64,000 nt of DNA, from positions 1-64,000 of the IMG/VR virus record IMGVR_UViG_3300033061_001635. One strand, given 5' to 3'. The stretch is from a virus. Taxonomy: Duplodnaviria > Caudoviricetes. Both the position numbers and the translations under genes were made by a program. The notes under the pieces are model-generated. The model worked only from the letters and a program-made list of their open reading frames with translations. It did no database searches and had not been told where the DNA came from. Every line of letters starts with the position of its first letter. Within the stretch, counting starts at the first letter, position 1. Of the stretch, positions 38,271 through 47,820 are shown piece by piece.

Positions 38271-39196
38271 TGCCAAGATATTCTCCACAAGAACTATATG
38301 ATAATTATCGCAAGGGGTTTAGTGGTTGCTTATGGGAGCAGCACGTATTTGATGGATTAATGCAAAATAGCAAATATCCATTATTTGGAGCTGCTAGTAA
38401 AAAAATCAAGAGTAGCGGTAAAGGCAAGTTATCAACCCCGTACAAAAGCGTATTAAAATTTGATAAAAATCCTTATAATGAAAGACAAACTACTGGAGAT
38501 TGTGTAAGTCATGGAACGCGAAATGCTTGTGACGTTAGTCGAGCAGTAGAAATAGATATTGGTGGAGAAAGAGAGGCTTGGATAGCTAAAGGAGCAACAG
38601 AAGCTATTTATGGTGCTCGTGGTCATGGTGGAGAAGGAATGAGTTGCTCACGAGCCGCTGAGTTTGTGAGTAAAAACGGAGGAATACTATTAAGACAAAA
38701 CTATAAAGGAGTAGTTGATTTTAGTAAGTATAATGGCAATCTAGGAGCTTCTTGGGGTGGAAGAGGATTACCGGATAAAGTTATTGATTTAGCTAATGAT
38801 CATCAAATTAAAACAACAAGTCTGATACGAACAATAGAAGAAGCTCGTGACGCTCTTGCTAATGGATATGGATTAGCAGTATGTTCTAATTATGGTTTTT
38901 CTAATAAAAGAGATAAAAAAGGCATAGCAAATACTAGTGGTAGCTGGGGTCATTGCATGGCTTGGATAGCATGTGATGATACTGGTAGTGAACCATTATT
39001 CTTAGTTCAAAATAGCTGGGGCAAATGGAATGATGGTGGTCATCCAGAATGGGGGCCAATACCAGACGGTTCGTTTTTAATTCGTGCTGAAGTTGCTGCT
39101 GGAATGTTATCTCAAAATGGTTCTTATGCATTTAGCAATTTTGACGGATTTCCTTTACAAAAATTACCTTCTTACGGATTCGAGGAGTATCTATAA
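38270..39196 (+). CDS. papain-like (C1) cysteine peptidase
   Basis: Q...GDCVSHG, WGHCM, QNSWG. Confidence 0.9.
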   Translation: MPRYSPQELYDNYRKGFSGCLWEQHVFDGLMQNSKYPLFGAASKKIKSSGKGKLSTPYKSVLKFDKNPYNERQTTGDCVSHGTRNACDVSRAVEIDIGGEREAWIAKGATEAIYGARGHGGEGMSCSRAAEFVSKNGGILLRQNYKGVVDFSKYNGNLGASWGGRGLPDKVIDLANDHQIKTTSLIRTIEEARDALANGYGLAVCSNYGFSNKRDKKGIANTSGSWGHCMAWIACDDTGSEPLFLVQNSWGKWNDGGHPEWGPIPDGSFLIRAEVAAGMLSQNGSYAFSNFDGFPLQKLPSYGFEEYL

Positions 39197-40536
39197 TGGC
39201 AACACTTTATGCATATGTATCTTGTGCTGGCGATAGCAGGGCTAATGGCTTGTATTCTCTTGATACAAATACTCCAGGCATTTATAATCAATCGGGAGGC
39301 ACATCAAAAATAGAGTATGATTATGCTAATAATAGATGGGAATTAAAAGTATTAATTAATAGTACTTATACTACTCTATATAGATTCCAAAATGCAGGAG
39401 CATCTGGTGCTGATACAAATGTTATTAGTCAAATTAATTGGGAAGCAGTTGGTGCCGCATCATTACCAGTACCAAAAACATTTGATTGGAGTCCTGCTGG
39501 AATACCTACTATCAGAGTTAGCTTAGCTAGTGATATTCCCAATGGAAACTATACTTGGAATCCTAATATAACGTATGCTCCTGGACATAGTGTTTGGTCA
39601 AATGGATTAAGTGGAGCATTTGTGTCTGATAGTAATTCAAGTTATCTAATAGGTAGATATAGTACAGATTATTTTAGAATAGCAAATGCCTCAACAGCGT
39701 TTTATCAAGCATTTGAATCTTTAGAAATGCCATTAAATACATTATGGTATAAATTAAGTCCTTATGGGGCAAGTATTGTTACTACTTCGTTACCAGGAAG
39801 CACTATAACTCTTACCGGTGCTGGCACAGCAGGTGTCAACGGAACCTACACATGGAACAGTCACATACTAGTTAATTATAGTACAAATAGTTCAACTTAT
39901 AGTATGGGTTATTTGCATAGCGATGGCACATATGTGATAGCTGTAGATGGAACCCAAACTTGGTCAGTATTGAATGTTGCTAATGGAAGTAAATATTACT
40001 CATCCGCAATACCATATAGTCAAATTCCTACTGGGTCTTTTACTCATGACGGATTCTTTGACTTGGGAACACAACCGGCACCATCATCATCATATTCCTC
40101 TGCTAATTTATGTTCTGGTGGTGGCGGAGCGTCTGCTCCAGTTATGAAGATTTTAATGAAAACAGTACCTGTTGTTGTTATTACAGGGTCTTCACTTTAT
40201 CCACAAATTAATGGCATATATTATTTAGCCAACCCTGGTAATGGACACAATTCATTTTTTAGTAAAGACGGTGGTGATTCATATCCAAGAATAATATATG
40301 ATAATTCACACGACGCAGATTATCCATGGGTTATTAAATTAAATTTTTATGAGATTATTTATTATGGTGGTGGTAATTATGCTGAAGACTGGCCAGGGTT
40401 TGTAGGCTTTAATAGTCATGATTCAGTCTGGTATTATGAGGCTAGTGGCACTACTGCTGATATAACTACTTCCTCTAGCACAGTCAATAGACCTCATATT
40501 TATAAAAGAGGCAATACTGGATATGGCAGGACATAA
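39196..40536 (+). CDS. repeat-containing Ser/Gly/Thr/Tyr-rich putative fibre/adhesin
   Basis: Four NGxY-containing modules. Confidence 0.65.
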   Translation: MATLYAYVSCAGDSRANGLYSLDTNTPGIYNQSGGTSKIEYDYANNRWELKVLINSTYTTLYRFQNAGASGADTNVISQINWEAVGAASLPVPKTFDWSPAGIPTIRVSLASDIPNGNYTWNPNITYAPGHSVWSNGLSGAFVSDSNSSYLIGRYSTDYFRIANASTAFYQAFESLEMPLNTLWYKLSPYGASIVTTSLPGSTITLTGAGTAGVNGTYTWNSHILVNYSTNSSTYSMGYLHSDGTYVIAVDGTQTWSVLNVANGSKYYSSAIPYSQIPTGSFTHDGFFDLGTQPAPSSSYSSANLCSGGGGASAPVMKILMKTVPVVVITGSSLYPQINGIYYLANPGNGHNSFFSKDGGDSYPRIIYDNSHDADYPWVIKLNFYEIIYYGGGNYAEDWPGFVGFNSHDSVWYYEASGTTADITTSSSTVNRPHIYKRGNTGYGRT

Positions 40537-40572
40537 TATGAATATAACTATTTTAGGAGATTTAATAATACT

Positions 40573-40737
40573 ATGAGACTTTTAGATAAAATAGCATTAA
40601 ATAGATTGATTAGTATAGTTACTAATTTTATTTTGGGTCTATTGAAAATATTTGCTCCTAAAACCATAGACGATATAGAAATACCGAAACCAAAACGTAA
40701 AAAAATACTACCATGGAGAAATCAAAATGAATCTTAA
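40573..40737 (+). CDS. small amphipathic protein, 54 aa (not in ORF track)
   Basis: MRLLDKIALNRLISIVTNFILGLLKIFAP...; AGGAG upstream; overlaps the next start. Confidence 0.6.
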   Translation: MRLLDKIALNRLISIVTNFILGLLKIFAPKTIDDIEIPKPKRKKILPWRNQNES

Positions 40738-41071
40738 AGCAATAAACCTATTATTGATTTCTTCAATTTTACTATTTGGGTCATATGGATATAATGGCTC
40801 AACAACATCTGCCGTAACATTAGTTGGAGGAATAATTAAAAGTCAAAGTGTAGAAGTAAATAAAAAATATAAAAGAAAAGACTGTCCTATTTGCGAAGGC
40901 AAAGGATGGTATATTAGCGGAGATGGTATTAAAAAAGTTGATTGTGGTTATTGTGAACCAGACAAATCTCAACCGTCTCAAAAGGTTATGATTCATCCTC
41001 CTACTGTTATAAAACAGCAAGATTGTCCAAATGGTGTTTGTCCAATACCATCAAATAAGGTTGTCAAATAA
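40727..41071 (+). CDS. exported Cys-rich protein with CxxCxGxG motif
   Basis: Signal-like N-terminus; CPICEGKG...CGYC; CPNGVCP. Confidence 0.7.
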   Translation: MNLKAINLLLISSILLFGSYGYNGSTTSAVTLVGGIIKSQSVEVNKKYKRKDCPICEGKGWYISGDGIKKVDCGYCEPDKSQPSQKVMIHPPTVIKQQDCPNGVCPIPSNKVVK

Positions 41072-41466
41072 TGGAAAACGAAAATAAAAAATTAAGAGAA
41101 ATAGCTGAAAAGGTTTTAAAAAGAGCGCATATTCCTAATGACGAAAAATTTGGTAGCATAATCGCCATACTCATGATGATTAGTATCATATTAACAGTTA
41201 TAAGAGTTTTACAAGAATGTAATAAAAATAAAGCTGATAATATGACTAGTCAAGACAAATGTTCTCTCTATGGAGAGAGCATAAAATCTTATAGTCTTAA
41301 AAGAGGATGGTTCACCAGATTACGAATCAAAAAAATCTTAAGAAGAGAGTTAGATTCCAAACAATATCATAAATATAGTATCAAATTGACTGAAGCATTA
41401 TTAGACGTAGGAGAGGTTGTCACGGATGATGAAGTTTCAACACTAGTGGAGGCAGCAAATGTTTAA
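41071..41466 (+). CDS. single-TM hypothetical protein
   Basis: IIAILMMISIILTVI. Confidence 0.65.
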   Translation: MENENKKLREIAEKVLKRAHIPNDEKFGSIIAILMMISIILTVIRVLQECNKNKADNMTSQDKCSLYGESIKSYSLKRGWFTRLRIKKILRRELDSKQYHKYSIKLTEALLDVGEVVTDDEVSTLVEAANV

Positions 41467-41716
41467 TTTATTAGTATGGTGTGTTTATGGATTATTTGTT
41501 GGTAGTGTGGCCAAAGCAATTGTTCCAGGTGAAGAAAATTTTGGTTTTATAAAAACAGTTGCATTAGGTGTTGCTGGTTCATATATGGGAGGGGCGGTTT
41601 TGTATATGTTAGGTAAATACGAATCCTTATCTCCAGCAGGGTTATTTATGGGAGTAGCAGGAGCTATTCTCTCTCTTGTTTTATATAATAAGCTCCAGCA
41701 ACAGACCAAATCTTGA
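41459..41716 (+). CDS. GlsB/YeaQ/YmgE (transglycosylase-associated) membrane protein
   Basis: GLFVGSVAKAIVPG, T..LGVAGS.MGG, VAGAIL. Confidence 0.85.
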   Translation: MFNLLVWCVYGLFVGSVAKAIVPGEENFGFIKTVALGVAGSYMGGAVLYMLGKYESLSPAGLFMGVAGAILSLVLYNKLQQQTKS

Positions 41717-41752
41717 TCAAATAGCTTGAATGAAGCTTATAAGAAAAAATAT

Positions 41753-41780
41753 TTGACTAGCAGCAGAATTCTGCTATCAT
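41753..41780 (+). promoter_or_regulatory. sigma70-like promoter TTGACT-16-TATCAT with TG extension, overlapped by a 14-bp palindrome
   Basis: ATG 7 nt after the -10, no SD; AGCAGAATTCTGCT at 41762-41775. Confidence 0.65.
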
Positions 41781-41787
41781 ATGCTAT

Positions 41788-42270
41788 ATGAAAACAACAC
41801 CCCTCGCTAGACCATCATGGAACGATTATTTCTTAGGTCTTGCTAAAGTCATTTCGCAACGCAGTCACGATTCTCAAACACAGCACGGTTGTGTAATTAC
41901 AGATCAAAATAATAGAATATTGGGTGTTGGATATAATGGTTTTGCACGAGGCTTGGACGATGACCTGTTACCAACCACTCGTCCTGATAAATATCCGTGG
42001 ATGATACATGCAGAAAGAAACGCATTAAGTAATTGTGTTGTTAGACCAGACAACGGAGTAGCATATGTTACTGGCCAATGCTGTAATGATTGTATTATGG
42101 CATTATGGCAAGAAGGTGTCTCCACAGTCATCATGATGGATGATCATGGTACACATTTATTTGATGACAAAGCACAAAAACACTTTGATTCTTTTGTCAA
42201 AATGAGTCAAATCAATATTAGATACATTAAGCCAAACTTCAATTGGCTGAGACAAATACCCGGTGTATAA
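41788..42270 (+). CDS. dCMP deaminase
   Basis: RPSWNDYF, GYNG, IHAERNA, CCNDC. Confidence 0.9.
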   Translation: MKTTPLARPSWNDYFLGLAKVISQRSHDSQTQHGCVITDQNNRILGVGYNGFARGLDDDLLPTTRPDKYPWMIHAERNALSNCVVRPDNGVAYVTGQCCNDCIMALWQEGVSTVIMMDDHGTHLFDDKAQKHFDSFVKMSQINIRYIKPNFNWLRQIPGV

Positions 42271-42413
42271 TGAACTTACCAACAATAATATTTTATGGCA
42301 GTTTAATTTATTATTTTTATAATAGAGTTTATACTGAAGATTTATTAATGACAAATTTTTCTTTTCAAACCGCAATCATTATAGGCATCATTGCCATTTT
42401 AAATAGGAGATAA
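42270..42413 (+). CDS. small hydrophobic protein, 47 aa (not in ORF track)
   Basis: MNLPTIIFYGSLIYYFY...AIIIGIIAILNRR; TAATG coupling; fills the gap exactly. Confidence 0.5.
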   Translation: MNLPTIIFYGSLIYYFYNRVYTEDLLMTNFSFQTAIIIGIIAILNRR

Positions 42414-42414
42414 T

Positions 42415-44604
42415 ATGTCTGCCCTTCAAGAACTTCAGAATTATACGTTTGTAAGTAAGTATGCTCGATGGATAGAAGATAAGAATCGCAGAGAAACCTG
42501 GAAAGAAGCTGTTGATCGCGTCAAAAATATGATGCATACCCAGTACCCAGATATCAAAGAAGATATTGATTGGGCATATGATATGATGTATAAGAAGAAG
42601 ATTCTTGGTAGCCAAAGAGCATTACAGTTCGGTGGCGAACCGATCCTCAAAAGACACGCTAAGATATACAACTGCACAAGTTCATATTGTGATCGACTCC
42701 GATTTTTCCAAGAGTGTTTCTGGCTACTCTTATGTGGTAGCGGAACAGGATTTAGTGTTCAAAAGCACCATGTTGCAAAATTACCAACATTAGAACATGA
42801 TATTCCTGATAATAACGAAGGAACAAAATATGTTATTGAAGACAGCATAGAAGGATGGGCAGATGCTCTTGGAGTTCTTCTTAGTTCTTACTTTAGTAAG
42901 CCAATTGAAGAATTCAAAATATACAAAAATACTTACGTTGTTTTTGACTATTCAAATATTAGACCCAAAGGATCATCATTAGCTAGTGGCGTAGGAAAAG
43001 CTCCAGGCTTTGAACCGCTGCAAAATGGATTAGAGAAAATCAGAACTCTACTAGATCGTTGTATTGCTAATGGTCAAAAGAAACTAAGACCAGTTGATGC
43101 TTATGATATTGTTATGCATAGTAGTGACGCTGTGTTGAGTGGTGGAGTTAGGCGTAGTGCTAGCCTTGCTTTATTCAGTCGTGATGACGAAGAAATGGCA
43201 AAAGCAAAAACAGGCAATTGGTACATAGATAATCCACAAAGAGCAAGAAGTAATAATTCTGCACTTCTACTTAAAAATGAAACAACATTTGAAGAATTTC
43301 AAGAATTGATGGAGAGTGTTAAAGAATTCGGAGAACCAGGATTTATTTGGAGTGACTCAACAGAAATGACATTCAATCCTTGCGTAGAGGTCGGAATGTG
43401 GCCAGTAGATGAAGAAACTGGAAAGAGCGGATGGCAAGGATGTAATCTATCTACTATCAACTGTTCATCAATTGAAGATGAAGATGATTTTTATGAAAGA
43501 TGCAAGGCTGCTGCTATTATAGGAACTCTACAAGCTGGATTCACCAAACTAGATTATCTTGGAGAGATCACTTGCAGAATCTTTGAAAGAGAAGCCCTAC
43601 TCGGAGTTTCCTTAACTGGAACAATGGAAAAGCATGATCTTATTCTTTCAGAAAAGGTTCTTCGTGCTGGAGCTAAAATTGCAGTTGAAACAAATAAAGA
43701 TCTTTCCAAGAAAATAAAAATTAATCAAGCAGCAAGAGTAACATGCTTAAAGCCAGAAGGAACAAGTTCTAGTATGCTTGGAACAAGCTCTGGTATTCAC
43801 CCGCATCACGCCAAACGCTATATAAGACACGTACAGGCCAATATTTTAGAAGCACCGTACCAGCACTTCAAAAAACTAAACCCACAAGCCTGTGAAAAAT
43901 CTAGTTGGTCAGCAAATAATACAGATGAGGTAATTAAGTTTCCAATAGAGGTTCCAGATGGAGCCAAATTAAAGAACCAATTACCAGCAGTAGAAATGTT
44001 ATCTATTGTTAAAGATACTCAAAAAAACTGGGTTCAAAGTGGAAAAAATAGATCATTATGCACTCAAGAATATCTAAGTCATAATGTCAGTAATACCGTA
44101 ACTGTGAAACCAGATGAATGGGACGATGTTACTAAATATATTTATGATAACCGTAAATACTTTGCTGGTATAAGTTTAATTCCACAGAGCGGAGATAAAG
44201 ATTATACCCAAGCCCCATTCACAACAGTTTATACTAGTCGTGAAATAGTTAAAGAATATGGAGATGCTGCATTATGGTGCTCTGGACTAATCCAATTAGG
44301 CTTGAATGCTTTTAATAATAATCTATGGGCGGCTTGTGATTATGTTAGTATGAACCAAGCAAAAGAAAATGATAGTCAAGATAAATTATTATTTATTACC
44401 AAAATGAAAAATTTTGCTGGTAAATATTTTGATAGTGACCTTAAGAGACTAACATATTGTATGAAGGATGTTTATAATTGGAAAATCTATTGCGATCTAT
44501 ATAACGGATTTAAAAAAGTAGACTATACACAACTTCTGGAAAATGAAGATAATACTGTGGGGATTGAGGAAATAAGTTGTGCTGGTGGCGCCTGTTTATT
44601 ATAA
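42415..44604 (+). CDS. nrdJ: class II (adenosylcobalamin-dependent) ribonucleotide reductase
   Basis: RRETW, YNC, GSGTGFSV, GGVRRSA, NPCVE, GCNL, KPEGT, C-terminal CAGGAC; no beta-subunit gene nearby. Confidence 0.85.
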   Translation: MSALQELQNYTFVSKYARWIEDKNRRETWKEAVDRVKNMMHTQYPDIKEDIDWAYDMMYKKKILGSQRALQFGGEPILKRHAKIYNCTSSYCDRLRFFQECFWLLLCGSGTGFSVQKHHVAKLPTLEHDIPDNNEGTKYVIEDSIEGWADALGVLLSSYFSKPIEEFKIYKNTYVVFDYSNIRPKGSSLASGVGKAPGFEPLQNGLEKIRTLLDRCIANGQKKLRPVDAYDIVMHSSDAVLSGGVRRSASLALFSRDDEEMAKAKTGNWYIDNPQRARSNNSALLLKNETTFEEFQELMESVKEFGEPGFIWSDSTEMTFNPCVEVGMWPVDEETGKSGWQGCNLSTINCSSIEDEDDFYERCKAAAIIGTLQAGFTKLDYLGEITCRIFEREALLGVSLTGTMEKHDLILSEKVLRAGAKIAVETNKDLSKKIKINQAARVTCLKPEGTSSSMLGTSSGIHPHHAKRYIRHVQANILEAPYQHFKKLNPQACEKSSWSANNTDEVIKFPIEVPDGAKLKNQLPAVEMLSIVKDTQKNWVQSGKNRSLCTQEYLSHNVSNTVTVKPDEWDDVTKYIYDNRKYFAGISLIPQSGDKDYTQAPFTTVYTSREIVKEYGDAALWCSGLIQLGLNAFNNNLWAACDYVSMNQAKENDSQDKLLFITKMKNFAGKYFDSDLKRLTYCMKDVYNWKIYCDLYNGFKKVDYTQLLENEDNTVGIEEISCAGGACLL

Positions 44605-44685
44605 GAACAATATTACTCGTTATTCTTATAAAGGTGTATTATTATATAGTATTTTAATACTCCTTATATAAGAAAAGGGCACACA

Positions 44686-45417
44686 TTGAGAAAAACCAAT
44701 AAAAACTCAAAGAAAAAAACTAAGGTTATTGACGCAACAAATAGTTTGGAGCCCAAAGGAGTAGCTTATAGAAATCGATTAAAACCAAGAACAGAAAATC
44801 AAAAAGAATACATAAGGACTGTTGCAGAAAATACTATTACATTTTGTCAGGGCTTAGCCGGTAGTGGTAAAACACATATTGCTATAGGAATGGCTCTTGA
44901 ATATCTTTTAGACGAAAAAGTAAAAAAGATTATTATCACAAGACCAATATTAGAAGCTGGAGAAAAAATGGGGTACCTCCCAGGATCAGCAGAAGAAAAA
45001 CTGCATCCTTATTTATTGCCTATACTAGATGAAATCGTACACTTTATAAGCTCAGCACACTATGCTTCACTAAGATTAAATAATAAAGTCGAAGTAGTGC
45101 CGCTTGGACTTATGAGAGGTCGTAATTTTCATAATGCCTTTATTGTTGCTGATGAATGCCAAAATGCATCATATGAACAATTAAAAATGTTGATAACAAG
45201 AACAGGACAATCTAGTAAAATGGTTTTAACTGGTGACGTTGCTCAGTCTGATCTAAGCAGACACCTACAAGGTGGTTTTAGCGATATGATATCGGCCCTT
45301 AATGGAGTTGAAGGTATAGGTTATTCTAAATTAGAAGCCTCAGATATTGTAAGAAATCCTATTATCTCTAAAATCTTATATAGACTTGATGACTATGAGC
45401 AGCAAAGCCGAAAATAG
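44686..45417 (+). CDS. phoH: PhoH-family ATPase
   Basis: GLAGSGKT, TRP, GYLPG, MRGR, DECQN, GD..QSD, VRNP. Confidence 0.95.
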   Translation: MRKTNKNSKKKTKVIDATNSLEPKGVAYRNRLKPRTENQKEYIRTVAENTITFCQGLAGSGKTHIAIGMALEYLLDEKVKKIIITRPILEAGEKMGYLPGSAEEKLHPYLLPILDEIVHFISSAHYASLRLNNKVEVVPLGLMRGRNFHNAFIVADECQNASYEQLKMLITRTGQSSKMVLTGDVAQSDLSRHLQGGFSDMISALNGVEGIGYSKLEASDIVRNPIISKILYRLDDYEQQSRK

Positions 45418-45979
45418 TAAATGCTTATTATTAAATGCTGACTATAGTCCATTACGAATAATATCTTGGCAAAGAGCAATAGTTTGGTCCATTAGATATG
45501 AGAATAATAGTAACTATGGTATAGAAATTATAGAATACTATGAAAATAAATATATTCAAGGATCAGGAAATAAGAAACATCGTGTTCCATCAGTAGCAAA
45601 AACACTTAAATATTTTAATCCATATAGTAGAAAAATTAGTTTTTCTAGGCATAATTTATTTATTCGAGATCAACATACTTGTCAGTATTGCGGACAACAG
45701 TTATGCTCTTCTCAATTAACATATGATCACATTATACCAAAATGCAGATTTATGGAAAATAAAAAATTATCAACTAATTGGAATAACATTGTTACTGCAT
45801 GTAGACCATGTAATCATAAAAAGGGAAATAGAACTCCTAAAGAAGCTGGTATGCAATTGATAAAATCTCCTATACAACCTAGTTATTCTGTAGAGTACTT
45901 GCCTTGGTATCAGGAATTGACTACTATAGACAGTACCCATTACGGTCAGTGGAAACAATTCTTAGCTCAAAATTATTAA
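45395..45979 (+). CDS. HNH endonuclease
   Basis: LLLNADY.P, RDQHTCQYCG, TYDHIIP, NIVTACRPCN.KKG. Confidence 0.9.
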   Translation: MSSKAENSKCLLLNADYSPLRIISWQRAIVWSIRYENNSNYGIEIIEYYENKYIQGSGNKKHRVPSVAKTLKYFNPYSRKISFSRHNLFIRDQHTCQYCGQQLCSSQLTYDHIIPKCRFMENKKLSTNWNNIVTACRPCNHKKGNRTPKEAGMQLIKSPIQPSYSVEYLPWYQELTTIDSTHYGQWKQFLAQNY

Positions 45980-45985
45980 TTTTAT

Positions 45986-46396
45986 ATGGACAACTTTATT
46001 TTTAAGCCGAATGATAATTTTGCTGATGAGATGTATTATTGCTTAATTGGAACAGAAGATTTTATTGATGGAAACGGAAGTCCGAGAGTAAATGATGGAT
46101 CGTCTTCAAACATCGCCGCAAAATGCATACAAAATAAAAAAACTAAAGTTATTTCACAAAATAATAACACTAAATTTTCTTATTTTATTAGAAGCAGTCC
46201 AAACTCTGATTTATATAATCCTATAAATTTGTTATCCCCAATTAAAAATAAAAGACAATATAATTTTATAGATAACATTTGTAAAAACGAATGGTCATTT
46301 ATAGAAGTTAATAAAAATACATTTGATAAATATATAAAATTTTTAACTACCAAAAATATATCATGGCTAAAAGAAGCTATTAGGGATCTTAAGTAG
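45986..46396 (+). CDS. hypothetical protein, paralogue of 47111..47488
   Basis: Shared MDxFIF, YYC..G.EDFID, F..Y..FL..KN.SWL..A.R. Confidence 0.75.
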   Translation: MDNFIFKPNDNFADEMYYCLIGTEDFIDGNGSPRVNDGSSSNIAAKCIQNKKTKVISQNNNTKFSYFIRSSPNSDLYNPINLLSPIKNKRQYNFIDNICKNEWSFIEVNKNTFDKYIKFLTTKNISWLKEAIRDLK

Positions 46397-46400
46397 TATA

Positions 46401-46745
46401 ATGCCAACATATTCATATATATGTAAAAAATGTAATTCAGAATTTGAATTATTCTTTTACATTAAACATTACCAAGAACATCCAAATTGTATTAAATGTG
46501 AGAGTAAAAATACTCAAAGACTGTATATAAAAGATGTCATCACACAAAATACCTGTATAAAAAAGATGGATTCTGAACTAAAAACTATTGGCGATTTAGC
46601 CAACAGAAACAGAGATAAAATGAGTGAAGATGAAAAAATAGCATTACATAATAAACACAATTCATACAAAGAAGAAATACCAGACAAACCACTGCCCAAA
46701 GGAATGAAACGACTTAAAAAACAACCAAAGACAAAATGGACATGA
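46401..46745 (+). CDS. FmdB-family zinc-ribbon protein
   Basis: MPTYSYICKKC...FE...CIKC. Confidence 0.85.
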   Translation: MPTYSYICKKCNSEFELFFYIKHYQEHPNCIKCESKNTQRLYIKDVITQNTCIKKMDSELKTIGDLANRNRDKMSEDEKIALHNKHNSYKEEIPDKPLPKGMKRLKKQPKTKWT

Positions 46746-46746
46746 C

Positions 46747-47118
46747 ATGATAGAAGAATTAACAGAAGAACAAAAAAATAAAATAATAGAATCTATAGAA
46801 CAAATTCATAAGCAACATTCTGGTAATAGTACAGAAAGTTTAGCTCAAATAATTTCAGAAGATACAACTAAGCTTATAGATTGTAGACATGAAATTGTTA
46901 TTAATGTTATAGCTAGTATTTATGAACAAGACGACGAAGGAAAGACTACTGGAATTAAAGAAGTGGCAAAAAATAATTACCACATTCCAGTACCTCCAAA
47001 TAAAGACTATAATCAATATACAAAAGGATTTTTTGATTTCCTAGAAGGATGTATGTCTCACTCAAGTATCAAAACAGACGAAATGACGCCAGATTCCGGA
47101 GAACAAAACAATGGATGA
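46747..47118 (+). CDS. hypothetical protein
   Basis: 123-aa ORF in operon. Confidence 0.65.
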   Translation: MIEELTEEQKNKIIESIEQIHKQHSGNSTESLAQIISEDTTKLIDCRHEIVINVIASIYEQDDEGKTTGIKEVAKNNYHIPVPPNKDYNQYTKGFFDFLEGCMSHSSIKTDEMTPDSGEQNNG

Positions 47119-47488
47119 TTTTATATTCTCTCCAAAAGAGAAAAATGATAAACTTATAACAGAATACTATTGTATGACGGGTTCAGAGGACTTCATTGAT
47201 AATAATAATTATCCTCGTAAAAAAATAGATTCCAAAGATGTTGTTGCTAAAAGAATACAAAAAACAGATAATCCTACTCAGTATTTCATTAAAATATCTA
47301 ATGCAAATAAATTATTCAATCCTTTGAAATCTGGACTAGATGATAAGTCTTATAGTATTGTCGATAATGTTTGCAGACCATCCGATAAGTTCAAAACAGT
47401 GAATGAAAAAGTGTTTAATATGTATTTACAGTTCTTATCTTCAAAAAATCTATCGTGGTTAAATCAAGCAGAAAGAGAGATTATATAA
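47111..47488 (+). CDS. hypothetical protein, paralogue of 45986..46396
   Basis: Same shared motifs as 45986..46396. Confidence 0.75.
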   Translation: MDDFIFSPKEKNDKLITEYYCMTGSEDFIDNNNYPRKKIDSKDVVAKRIQKTDNPTQYFIKISNANKLFNPLKSGLDDKSYSIVDNVCRPSDKFKTVNEKVFNMYLQFLSSKNLSWLNQAEREII

Positions 47489-47817
47489 TGTCAAGAATTA
47501 CTAAAGTTCAAAAATACGCAATACATTGGCTAAATCATTCTGGAAAAAGTATAGAAGAAATATCCAAAGAATTGGACATCAAACCTTCACAAATAAGTAC
47601 TATTATTCCCGCTAATTCTCAACCAGAACCAACAAATGTCACTCATCAATTAGCAAAAACAAAAGACTTAATGATCACCCATACTTCTGGAAAAAAAAGC
47701 AATTCTGTAGCCATAATGACAAAAGAAGCTTCTGAGATAGCTGATGAAGCAAAAAAGAAAGCACCGATAACAAAAGGTAGAGATAGTGAAAGAGGGATTT
47801 TTAGACCTAAAAAATAA
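47488..47817 (+). CDS. HTH-containing protein
   Basis: GKSIEEISKELDIKPSQIS; TAATG coupling. Confidence 0.65.
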   Translation: MSRITKVQKYAIHWLNHSGKSIEEISKELDIKPSQISTIIPANSQPEPTNVTHQLAKTKDLMITHTSGKKSNSVAIMTKEASEIADEAKKKAPITKGRDSERGIFRPKK

Positions 47818-47820
47818 CAT

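Noticed and set aside
44599-44631. TTATAAGAA/TTCTTATAA inverted repeat after nrdJ
   Set aside because: AT-rich weak stem with no U-tract; not supportable as a terminator
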